A DNA stretch of 13,240 nucleotides from Candidatus Hydrogenedentota bacterium (GTDB taxonomy: Bacteria; Hydrogenedentota; Hydrogenedentia; Hydrogenedentales; SLHB01), in contig CAVUWV010000029.1 in the NCBI GenBank assembly GCA_963745075.1, positions 1 through 13,240 on the forward strand. Direction: 5' to 3'. The position numbers and the translations under genes are program-made. Numbering within the stretch: position 1 is the first letter of the stretch; each line of letters begins with the position of its first letter. Shown here in pieces: positions 1 to 7,585 of the stretch. The notes under the pieces were generated by a model. The model saw only the letters and a program-made list of their open reading frames with translations. It ran no database searches and was not told where the DNA came from.

Positions 1-372
1 GGGGTTGCGTTCGACGTACCGGACCGCCGCCCACAAATGGGCTTCGTCCAGCACGCACGAATAGAAGCGCCCCTGCCACACGTGGCCGCTCATCTGGGTC
101 AGCGTGTTGAAGCGCATGGCGTAAACGGTGTGTGCATCGCGCAACGCGTGGGCCAGCGACTCCTCGCGTTCCGGCACCGCGACGAGGTGAATGTGGTTGG
201 TCATGAGACAATACGCCCAGATGTCCAGGCCATGCCGCTCCCCGTACTTCTTCAGGAACCGCAGGTAGGCGTGGCGATCATCCTCCGTCTCAAAGACATC
301 CGCCCGCCGATTACCCCGCTGGGTTACGTGATGCGGATACCCCGGAACAACAACGCGTGCAACTCTGCTCAT
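1..372 (-). CDS. REP-associated tyrosine transposase (RAYT; IS200/IS605-superfamily Y1 HUH), runs off the left window edge
   Basis: Manual translation from ATG at 372: MSRVARVVVPGYPHHVTQRGNRRADVF...IWAYCLMTNHIHLVAVP...GHVWQGRFYSCVLDEAHLWAAVRYVERNP. It contains HVTQRGN, the HUH motif (NHIHL), WQGRF and the catalytic Tyr motif RYVERNP. Not in the ORF track because there is no stop in the window. Confidence 0.93.
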   Translation of the reverse strand, partial: MSRVARVVVPGYPHHVTQRGNRRADVFETEDDRHAYLRFLKKYGERHGLDIWAYCLMTNHIHLVAVPEREESLAHALRDAHTVYAMRFNTLTQMSGHVWQGRFYSCVLDEAHLWAAVRYVERNP

Positions 373-378
373 AGGGAC

Positions 379-408
379 ACCATAACTCGAACCAGCCCCA
401 AAAATCAA
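379..408 (-). promoter_or_regulatory. Possible sigma70 promoter for a leaderless RAYT transcript
   Basis: TTGATT (408-403), 18 nt, TATGGT (384-379), then 6 nt to the ATG at 372. No Shine-Dalgarno sequence. Confidence 0.35.
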
Positions 409-409
409 C

Positions 410-447
410 TTAATTCGTAGTCTGTCCCTGAATTTCCCTGAATTTCC
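410..447 (+). repeat. RAYT-associated terminal motif (type A) with 10-bp tandem duplication
   Basis: TTAATTCGTAGTCTGTCCCTGAATTTCCCTGAATTTCC. The first 27 nt are identical to 10050-10076. CCCTGAATTT occurs twice (426-435, 436-445). Confidence 0.9.
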
Positions 448-508
448 GCATAACAAGAAAAAACATTCCACTCCAATCACTTGTCGGGGATTACATACTC
501 TCTGTCAA

Positions 509-1420
509 TTATGTGCAAGCAGCAGTGCTTCTTCGTATTTCGTGTGCTGTGAATTCAAAGAAATCTGCAAGCGCCAGTGACGGCGGAGCGCCGAAGGGAA
601 AAACATCATCTCGAGGGCTATCGCTTTTGATCGCAGCACACCATGACTCCAGAAGGTCACAATAGATCACTAGGGCTGTGCCAGGGATATCTGCCCTATC
701 GGTTACGACGTAGGCGGGCGGGGCCGCAGAGACCACCACCCAGAGACGAGCATCTATGTCGCCTATTTTTCTGTCAAACTCGAATAGGAATACAGCAAAT
801 CTTCCGCGCTCCCCACATCCAAAATATCTCCGAACTATCTGGGGACACCAAGCAAATTTCGACAAAAACGCCTCTCCTTGTTCAAGCAGCGTCTGAAAAT
901 CTTTTGGAACTTTGCCATATCCGAAGGTGTCAGAGATCGGCGACAGATTCTTATAGTCGAAAGAACACGTTTTGACTCTTCCGCTACCACTTCCCCATCG
1001 CCTATACCGAGTCTCTCTACAAATTTGTTGAATCCCTTCGAACGCGTCCCGGACTACCCCACGAGGAGAACGTCCGCTGCGCGGTGTCGCAACCGACCAA
1101 TAAAGGTCCCAAGCCTCAAGCACCCGGCCCGCCTTCAGCAGTGCATCGGCTTTCATTACGATACTACCAGTATCATTCGGGTCGCGGGCCAGGACTTCAT
1201 TCATGGAAGCTATGGCATCATTGTATCGACCTAGGTCCAGTTCGCACGTTGCCTTAAACCTCCACATCTGGAGTGAGTCAGGGTCCAACTGCAAGTATTC
1301 GTTCATGGATCTTACTAAGTCATCGTCAAACGGCCGCGTGAAGTAACCACACTTGCATCGTAGACGCAAGCGCAGCCGTTTCCTACGTAAAACTATATAC
1401 TCCAAGAACCTCCTAAACAT
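509..1420 (-). CDS. TPR-repeat protein with C-terminal DUF4826-like domain; candidate immunity protein
   Basis: 303-aa ORF. TPR-like helices (LGRYNDAIASMNEVLARDPND; KADALLKAGRVLEA). C-terminal LWVVVSAAPPAYV...ALVIYCDLLESW recalls DUF4826-like proteins (from memory, unverified). Visibly AT-richer than the core genes. Start uncertain. Confidence 0.6.
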   Translation of the reverse strand: MFRRFLEYIVLRRKRLRLRLRCKCGYFTRPFDDDLVRSMNEYLQLDPDSLQMWRFKATCELDLGRYNDAIASMNEVLARDPNDTGSIVMKADALLKAGRVLEAWDLYWSVATPRSGRSPRGVVRDAFEGIQQICRETRYRRWGSGSGRVKTCSFDYKNLSPISDTFGYGKVPKDFQTLLEQGEAFLSKFAWCPQIVRRYFGCGERGRFAVFLFEFDRKIGDIDARLWVVVSAAPPAYVVTDRADIPGTALVIYCDLLESWCAAIKSDSPRDDVFPFGAPPSLALADFFEFTAHEIRRSTAACT

Positions 1421-1530
1421 GACACGACCGATAGAACCACTGGGATTCCAAGTTTATCTGTACAAGTTTCTAAGCGGAATCTGGCATTTTCCCAAATCTT
1501 GTTTAGATTTTCTAATGGGATCTAGAAAAG

Positions 1531-1748
1531 TCAATGATGCGAAATGTTCCGAATTATCCTAATCCCGGCAACGAGAAGATTAAACCCTACGCAGTCCAAC
1601 ATACATTTTGCATAGCGTGGTTTACTTTTGCACAGACCGTGGCAACTTCTCGGTGGTGGTCGATTCGAATCCGGATCTGGATTACCAGGTTGACCAACAG
1701 TCTCGACTACAATCGGCTTCACGGGACAAGTGACGGGCTCGTCCCGCC
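1531..1748 (-). pseudogene. 5'-truncated Cys/Pro-rich ORF tip, possibly a polymorphic-toxin C-terminus
   Basis: The frame RRDEPVTCPVKPIVVETVGQPGNPDPDSNRPPPRSCHGLCKSKPRYAKCMLDCVGFNLLVAGIRIIRNISHH* starts directly after the motif half TGTCCCTTTATTTCC and lies upstream of 509-1420 on the same strand. No family recognised. Confidence 0.35.
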
Positions 1749-1778
1749 GGAAATAAAGGGACATCCATGATAGGTATA

Positions 1779-1784
1779 AGTCAA
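1779..1784 (-). promoter_or_regulatory. Outward-facing -35 box of the IS circle-junction promoter
   Basis: TTGACT near the right end. Joining the ends gives TTGACT-18 nt-TAGCAT with an extended -10 TG (-10 at 3349-3344). Confidence 0.7.
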
Positions 1785-2017
1785 GAGGCAAAGCGGGCGG
1801 TTTGCCATTCCGTCGGTTGGGCGTCTTTGGGGCGAAGAGGTAGCTGATTGTTGGGCGGAGACTTAGGCGGCCTGGGCGTAGTGCGGTGCCGAGAATGGGT
1901 AGCTTGCGTATAGCTCGTCGGAGGCAGCGCAGTGCGACCGGGCCGCCGTCGTTCGGGCAGTACTCCCCCTTCGCGGTCCGCGGGTTGGTTTCGCGCGCCG
2001 CGCCATCACGTCGTTTC

Positions 2018-2204
2018 CGGTTCTCCGTTTTGCTGACGAGATAGGTTCTCGCAACCAGACATCCATTTGCAGATACCACGTTGACGGCGTGGGTCCGATG
2101 TTTGCGTTTGGGAGAGCCGCCGCGCCCGAAACAGACTACGGGGGTATCGGGATTTGTGTCCCTTGCCCAGTCCCTAACGGCGGGATACGGCGGCAGGAGA
2201 ACCG
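2018..2204 (-). ncRNA. Predicted bridge/seek RNA of the IS1111-type element
   Basis: Closed by a 9-bp stem CGGTTCTCC/GGAGAACCG. In order it contains AAGGGACA (2164-2157), CGTAGTCTGT (2140-2131), GCAAACA (2105-2099) and ATGGATGT (2066-2059), matching target right, target left, donor right (6/7) and donor left. Internal stems GCCGCCG/CGGCGGC and CCCGA/TCGGG. Boundaries approximate. Confidence 0.75.
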
Positions 2205-2218
2205 TATGTGAAAACCTC

Positions 2219-3244
2219 CTACACCTCGGGCGCTATGAAGGGCTGCCCGGATTTGTCCACGGCCAACAGATAGGCCACCAGTTTGCGCGCCACGGCCAGG
2301 GTCGCGCGGTTCTTGTTGTATCCCCGAACGATGGCTTGCTCGCGTATGCGCGTCAAGTGGGCGTGTTTGGACGGCGCCAGCTTGGCCGCTTCGATGAGAA
2401 TGGACTGTAAGTGGGGGTTGCGTTCTTTGGACAAGGGCATGCGCCACTGTTTGTCGCCCGACTCGTGTTGGGCCGAGCACAACCCGCAGTAACTCTGCGC
2501 GCGCCGGATGTTGGAAAAGCGATGCGGGTCGTCGATCTCGAGGGCCCAGGTCAGCGCCGTAACCTGGCCCACGCCGCCCACCGACTGGAGCAGGGTCACC
2601 CGGTCGCACAAGGCGGCATGCCGGGTCAAGACATCGAGCAAGTGGCGCTGGGCGGCCGTGAACAATTCGAGATTGGTCCGAGTCATGCGTAACAAGTTGA
2701 CCACCGACGGTGGCACGTCTTCCAGGCTGTCCACCAGCTCGGAGAAGTACTTCTTTCCGTGCAGTTTGGATTTGGCGTACTCCACGCCCGTCTCCATCAG
2801 AATGCCCGACGCCTTGTTCTTCATGCGGGTGGCGTGTCCGACCAGGAAGTTGCGGTACCGCAGAATCCGCCGTAACTCGCGCACCTCGGCCGAGGCCATG
2901 TAGCACGAGGGAAACAGGTCGGCCCGCAGCAGGTTGGCCAGCATTTCGGCGTCGATGCGGTCGTTCTTGTTCTTCGACAGCGCCTTGAGCCGGCGCGGAT
3001 GTCCCACGTGAAGCTCGGCTGCGTACGGCAACAGGGCGTCGTAGACCCAACCGGTAAACAAGGTCGCCTCGATGCCCGCGACGAAGGGCCGCGTGCGAGA
3101 GGTCGCAAACGCCACCAGTTCCTCCTTGCGCGCACCGATCGTCCCCCGATCCGCCACGTTGCCCAACGGGTCCTTCTCGCAAAACGCAATGGTCCGCTTG
3201 TGGATGTCCAGGCCGATGAAGTGATACGCTTGAGTCGTGTTCAT
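2219..3244 (-). CDS. IS110-family DEDD recombinase/transposase (IS1111 type)
   Basis: 341 aa. RuvC-like DEDD residues in FIGLDIHK, GIEAT and KNDRIDA. C-terminal LLQSVGGVGQVTA...YCGLCSAQHESG with the conserved Ser, and AVARKL. RBS GAAGGAG upstream of the ATG. Confidence 0.96.
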   Translation of the reverse strand: MNTTQAYHFIGLDIHKRTIAFCEKDPLGNVADRGTIGARKEELVAFATSRTRPFVAGIEATLFTGWVYDALLPYAAELHVGHPRRLKALSKNKNDRIDAEMLANLLRADLFPSCYMASAEVRELRRILRYRNFLVGHATRMKNKASGILMETGVEYAKSKLHGKKYFSELVDSLEDVPPSVVNLLRMTRTNLELFTAAQRHLLDVLTRHAALCDRVTLLQSVGGVGQVTALTWALEIDDPHRFSNIRRAQSYCGLCSAQHESGDKQWRMPLSKERNPHLQSILIEAAKLAPSKHAHLTRIREQAIVRGYNKNRATLAVARKLVAYLLAVDKSGQPFIAPEV

Positions 3245-3349
3245 GGGAAGTCTCCTTCTGTGATGGGCGCTCCATACGCCCCTTGCACTTAGTGTAAGGC
3301 AGACTTCCCACTTTTCTTTCCTTAGTGACCTCGCAACCTATGCATGCTA

Positions 3350-3364
3350 ACAGACTACGAATTA
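3350..3364 (-). repeat. 5' half of a type A RAYT motif containing the RAYT stop codon; the 3' half is at 1749-1763
   Basis: TAATTCGTAGTCTGT on the minus strand, identical to 411-425 and 10051-10065, and cut at TGT by the IS. Confidence 0.85.
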
Positions 3365-3921
3365 CCCACTTCTCCGCCGTCTTTCTCCGTCCGTTTGCGT
3401 TTCCGGCCTCGTTTGGCAGGACGCAGGAGGCGACCGAGCAGGTTCTCCAGCTGGACCACAAACTGGCTCCCGCCGCAGGGGCGGCCAGTGCTGGTCTGGC
3501 GGCGAATGCGATCGACGGCATCGGGGTCCTCCTCCACACGAAGCCATTGCGCCCAGTCCTCGATAACGCCGGGCGGGGGAAACTCCTTCGATAGTAGCGG
3601 GTCCGGCTGGGTTTGGCAAGGGATTCCGGCTTCGGAAGGGACAGACCCCGTGTTTCGCTCCGAAGACTGCGCGAAAGACGGGGTCAGTCCCACGCAATGG
3701 GCGCGCGCGCTGGACCAGGGGTGGTCTTCGGCCCGGTCGACCATTCCCGCGCGGACGGGGTTGCGTTCGACGTACCGGACCGCCGCCCACAAATGGGCTT
3801 CGTCCAGCACGCACGAATAAAATCGCCCCTGCCACACGTGGCCGCTCAGTTGGGTGCGCGTGTTGAAACGCATGGCGTAAACGGTGTGCGCGTCGCGCAA
3901 CGCGTGGGCCCGAGATTCCTC
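3355..3921 (-). pseudogene. 5'-truncated RAYT lacking the HUH motif, with an in-frame palindromic insertion
   Basis: 3757-3921 is a near-identical repeat of 1-165 (EES.AHALRDAHTVYAMRFN...RYVERNP). It continues WSSARAH...TGRPCG...LLRPAKRGRK...GNS*. No NHIHL or start upstream; only a decayed RYP*RHATGG trace to about 3950. Confidence 0.88.
3638..3691. repeat. 54-bp REPIN-like hairpin, copy 1, inside the RAYT pseudogene
   Basis: GGGACAGACCCCGT...ACGGGGTCAGTCCC, 51/54 identical to 11891-11944. Confidence 0.9.
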
Positions 3922-3964
3922 ACCGCCGGTGGCGTGACGTCACGGGTAACGGTGCAGATGCGGA

Positions 3965-4162
3965 TTACGCGATGGGGGCATCGGCACGATACAACACGGT
4001 ATAGATCAAGTCCCCCGAGCCAGCGCGGCCGCCGGGTTCATGGCTAAGCACGGTTTTTACGGTAACCACGTCGACCTTATACTGCTGAATCCACGTATTG
4101 ACATTTGCGTCGAGGTCCGCCGTCTTGTCTTCGTACCCCTTAAACGTGCGCACAAAAACCAT
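3965..4162 (-). CDS. Small hypothetical protein (65 aa)
   Basis: ATG with a good RBS (AAGGAGAAGG) and a natural-looking alpha/beta sequence (VRTFKG...LDANVNTWI...IYTVLY). Confidence 0.75.
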   Translation of the reverse strand: MVFVRTFKGYEDKTADLDANVNTWIQQYKVDVVTVKTVLSHEPGGRAGSGDLIYTVLYRADAPIA

Positions 4163-4418
4163 TTGCCTTCTCCTTACCCATCGAAATCACCGGAAGTAAG
4201 CCGGGTCAATTGTGTCTAAGTTGCAAGGTGCGAATTCAGTGTACCAACCGTTGGTCGGGCAGCCAAGTTGTTGACCGGAACGAGAAAGTCGCGTAGGCTG
4301 GATACAGGGTGCGGACGTGCAAGGACTTCGAGAGAGTATGAGATGCCCCACCCAACAATAGCGAGTTGCGCTACCCTTTCATCCGGTGGATTCCGATCAC
4401 CCGAAGTCAGGAGGTTTC

Positions 4419-5480
4419 GTGAAAGCAGCATACATTACACAGAACGGGGACCTCGAAAGCATACAAGTCGGCGAGATTCCGGACCCCGAGCTTGCCGACG
4501 ACGAGGTCATGATTGAGGTCAAAGCGGCAGCGTTGAACCACCTGGACATCTGGGTTCGGAAGGGCCGGCCAGGCCTCGAACTCTGTCTCCCCCACGTGCT
4601 CGGCTCCGATGCCATGGGCACCGTCGTCGCGGTGGGCAAGGCGGTGGATTCGGTCGCGGTGGGCCAGGACGTGATAGTCGACCCGGGTCTGTCCTGCGGC
4701 GTGTGCGAGTACTGCCTGCGCGGCGAGCAAAGCGAATGCCTCTATTACGGGATTATCGGGATGAGCCGTCCCGGAACGTTCGCGGAACGAGTCAGCGTGC
4801 CCGCCACGAACGTTCACCCGGTGCCGAGTCACTTGAGTCCGGCGGAAGCGGCGGCGCTCCCGCTGGTGTACCTGACGGCCTGGCGCATGCTCATGTCGCG
4901 GGGACAGTTACATCCGGGGGACACGGTGCTCATTCACGGGATCGGCGGCGGCGTTGCGCTGGCGAGCCTTCAATTGGCCCGGCTTGCGGGCGCGGAAGTG
5001 ATCGTGACGTCTTCTTCCGAAGAAAAGCTGAAACGAGCGAGCAAACTGGGCGCTTCGGTAACGATGAACTATGCGAACAATTCCGATATCGCGGTCTCCA
5101 TCAAGGACTTGACGGGGGGCCGGGGCGTGGATCTCGTGATCGACGCGGTGGGCGCCGCAACGTGGCCCATCAATTTCGGTGCGGTCCGGCGCGGCGGGAA
5201 GATCGTTCACTGCGGCGTAACGTCCGGGGCTTCGGCACAAGTTGACATCTCGGCGTTGTATTGGAACCAGGTCACCGTCTTGGGGTCCACGATGGGTTCG
5301 CGGGAAGATTTCCGGCGCATGGTCCGTGCGGTAAATGCGGCGACGCTTCGCCCGGTGGTGGATTCGGTGGTATCGCTGCATGATATCCGCAGCGCGACGG
5401 AGCGAATGGAACGCGGCGAACAGTTCGGCAAGATTGTGTTGGACATGAAAGGGAAGTTTGCTGAATCTGTGACCGCGTGA
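4419..5480 (+). CDS. Zinc-binding medium-chain dehydrogenase/reductase (alcohol dehydrogenase / quinone reductase-like)
   Basis: GTG start after AGGAGG. VKAAALNHLD, PHVLGSD, structural Zn motif CGVCEYC...C, nucleotide-binding HGIGGGVA, and terminal FGKIVL. Confidence 0.93.
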   Translation: MKAAYITQNGDLESIQVGEIPDPELADDEVMIEVKAAALNHLDIWVRKGRPGLELCLPHVLGSDAMGTVVAVGKAVDSVAVGQDVIVDPGLSCGVCEYCLRGEQSECLYYGIIGMSRPGTFAERVSVPATNVHPVPSHLSPAEAAALPLVYLTAWRMLMSRGQLHPGDTVLIHGIGGGVALASLQLARLAGAEVIVTSSSEEKLKRASKLGASVTMNYANNSDIAVSIKDLTGGRGVDLVIDAVGAATWPINFGAVRRGGKIVHCGVTSGASAQVDISALYWNQVTVLGSTMGSREDFRRMVRAVNAATLRPVVDSVVSLHDIRSATERMERGEQFGKIVLDMKGKFAESVTA

Positions 5481-5492
5481 CGTCCGGGCGTT

Positions 5493-6638
5493 TTACGAGA
5501 ACAAACGTTTTCGCGCCACCAAGCCGGCCATCAGCAAACCGAAGAACGCGCCCAGTACCCACACGCGACGATCTGCAAAAAACCCCCGCTTTGGTTTTGC
5601 ACCCGATTCCGCGGCACGTGCGGGCGGGTCGTCGTTGCCGGCGCCGACCGGGTCGACGTTGGCAAGGCTTGCCATCTGACGGACCTCGCCCGTATTCCCC
5701 TCGGCGAGGAGGGGGGCCACGCCGGGATGGGAATCCTCAGGCGCCGAAGCCGGAGTGCCGGTCTCCGTGGATCCCGAAGCGGCGGGCGCTGCACCGGTTG
5801 CACCGTCTTCCGTCGCCACCGGTGAAGGGATTCCCGCACGCTTCTGTGCGAATTCACGGGCCATTCGATCCAACTGAGACAACCGCGATGCGGCGTCATC
5901 CGATCGGGACGCGTTCAAGGCCCGGGATCCTGTCGGGCGTCCCGTATCCAACACGCCCGTTGGAACGGTCGACTTCCCGTTCGATGCCGGGGACTGGGGA
6001 TTCGACACACTGGGAACCGTTGTATCTGTGGGCTCCGAAGCCGGCGCCGTTGTATCGTCCGTTGGAGGTGCGGGCGGTTCGTTTTCGTCGGTCGGGGTCG
6101 GATCCGAACCCGGTTCCGTATTGGGCGGATTGTTTGGATCCTGGGGATTCGAGTCATCGGCAGGCGACGCACTCAATTGCAGGGTGGCGGAACTGCCTCG
6201 CGATGCGATGGTCTGGCCGGCCAGCGAGGCGAGTGTTGTTCCGTCGATTGCAATATTCGTTTCCGCTGCGGCGGCGCCGACACGGCGGAGCGAGATGTCC
6301 GCGATCTTGCCGTTTTCCATGGTGGACTGGTTCAGGCCGAACATCATGACGACATACTCGCCGGGAGAAGTCATGTTGTATTGCACGCCCTTGCCGGCGG
6401 CAATCGCTGCGTCGCCGGTGCGGACGCCGTTGGGCACCAGAACGGAGGGATCGTAATGAAAGGTGAAATCCAGGGCGGCGACTCCGGAATCGACGCTCCC
6501 CTCCAAATAGACGGGTACGGTCACTGCATTTCCCTGGACCGCCGGTGTCCCCACACTCAAGACCCCTTCACCCAGGGCTGAAGGCAGGGCAAATACCAGC
6601 AGTACGCCCAGTGCAGTTACTTCACGGTTTACTCTCAT
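5493..6638 (-). CDS. Membrane-anchored surface protein with a cohesin-like domain
   Basis: Signal peptide, then a cohesin-like beta sandwich (VTVPVYL...VAALDFTFHYDPSVL...GKIADISL), a long Pro/Thr/Ser/Asp linker, and a C-terminal TM helix with a basic tail (RKRLFS). Confidence 0.8.
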   Translation of the reverse strand: MRVNREVTALGVLLVFALPSALGEGVLSVGTPAVQGNAVTVPVYLEGSVDSGVAALDFTFHYDPSVLVPNGVRTGDAAIAAGKGVQYNMTSPGEYVVMMFGLNQSTMENGKIADISLRRVGAAAAETNIAIDGTTLASLAGQTIASRGSSATLQLSASPADDSNPQDPNNPPNTEPGSDPTPTDENEPPAPPTDDTTAPASEPTDTTVPSVSNPQSPASNGKSTVPTGVLDTGRPTGSRALNASRSDDAASRLSQLDRMAREFAQKRAGIPSPVATEDGATGAAPAASGSTETGTPASAPEDSHPGVAPLLAEGNTGEVRQMASLANVDPVGAGNDDPPARAAESGAKPKRGFFADRRVWVLGAFFGLLMAGLVARKRLFS

Positions 6639-6779
6639 TGCCAGATCCGCTCTATGCTGCCCACGACGTTGACGATACTCGAATAACGACTTGCGCCATG
6701 TTTTCGTTGACGACCCCGGTCCGCGACCTACGTAACCTTAACATGCGCCGCATCAAAACGTTACACACGAGACGGGCGA

Positions 6780-7418
6780 TCATTGGGGATCGTCTTTGCT
6801 ACCAGCGGGTTGCGAAAGTGTAGGTTCCGACGGCTCTCCGGGATCGGTGGTTTTGGTCGTCGCGCCGCTGTCGTCTTGTGAGTCGATCCACTGGACCGAA
6901 CTGGTTTCCCCCAGTTGGTCCTCGTTCGAGGTTTCTTGGTAGGTACTGGGGAAAATCGACGCCATTGCGGCGAACGCCTGGGTGTGGCCAAGCAGGGAAT
7001 ACCGCATCACGACGATCAGGAGGTAAAACCAGGCCGAAGTCTTGGCCAAGGCAACGACAATAACGATCACGCGCAGATTCGGGACCGGGATGTCCGAGAG
7101 ATGGGTGACTTGCGATAAGGGAAAGTTCAGGAACGCGACCAGACCGAGAATGATGAATTGCAGGGCGCGCCCCTTCGCTTCCATACCGGTCAGACCCACG
7201 TCCAGACAACGGTGATAGGCAAAAAGCCCGAGAAAGGCTGAAAACGCCAAGGTGATCATGTGGGGACTGTTTACCATCGCGGTCAGAATACTAACGTCGC
7301 CCCAGTCCCGAAGCGTGAAGTAGAGCCATTCGGGGGAGAGGCCCGCAAAGAAGTAGACGGCCCACATGGCAGCCGCCGCTAGCGACCATGGGTCCCATTG
7401 TTTTTCGGATTGTGACAA
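6780..7418 (-). CDS. Hypothetical integral membrane protein (about 4 TM helices, acidic tail)
   Basis: TTG start with GGAG RBS, four hydrophobic segments and a disordered acidic C-terminus. Confidence 0.75.
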   Translation of the reverse strand: MSQSEKQWDPWSLAAAAMWAVYFFAGLSPEWLYFTLRDWGDVSILTAMVNSPHMITLAFSAFLGLFAYHRCLDVGLTGMEAKGRALQFIILGLVAFLNFPLSQVTHLSDIPVPNLRVIVIVVALAKTSAWFYLLIVVMRYSLLGHTQAFAAMASIFPSTYQETSNEDQLGETSSVQWIDSQDDSGATTKTTDPGEPSEPTLSQPAGSKDDPQ

Positions 7419-7585
7419 CTTGATACTCCAGGACCTGTGCGACGGTTGGGTTTTCGATTCTATCCCTGCTTGAAGAGCGGTTCTGACGGAAGCATGACCC
7501 GCTGTGAGCCTGTCCCATATTGGAGCAAAGGCTCGGACGCCATGTCAACCGCTCCGCACCGGCAACGAGGGATCTGGCGTGCACG

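Larger units (their letters stand above)
1761..3352 (-). mobile_element. Complete IS110-family element of the IS1111 type, inserted in a RAYT terminal motif
   Basis: Core TGT (ACA on +) at both ends (1761-1763, 3350-3352). Removing the element rebuilds TAATTCGTAGTC-TGT-CCCTTTATTTCC, matching the motif at 411-447. Imperfect subterminal IRs (CATGCATAGGTTGCGAGGTCA vs CATGATAGGTATAAGTCA). Short left end and about 450 nt non-coding region downstream of the recombinase. Confidence 0.9.

Noticed and set aside
37..420. 127-aa plus-strand ORF (likewise 3613-4047)
   Set aside because: Antisense shadow of the RAYT coding frame.
1863..2079. ORFs 1863-2066 and the 5' part of 1531-2079 as genes
   Set aside because: They lie in the IS non-coding end, overlap the predicted RNA, and give Arg/Ala-rich unrecognisable translations.
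2130..3359. 11-bp direct repeat AACAGACTACG (2130-2140, 3349-3359) as a target-site duplication defining the IS ends
   Set aside because: IS110-family elements do not make long TSDs. Ends at 1761/3352 rebuild the target motif, the subterminal IRs and the junction promoter, so the 2131-2140 copy is better explained as an RNA guide.
2136..3539. 467-aa minus-strand ORF spanning RAYT and the IS
   Set aside because: Alternative frame over the IS110 gene in GC-rich DNA, crosses the element boundary and has no motifs.
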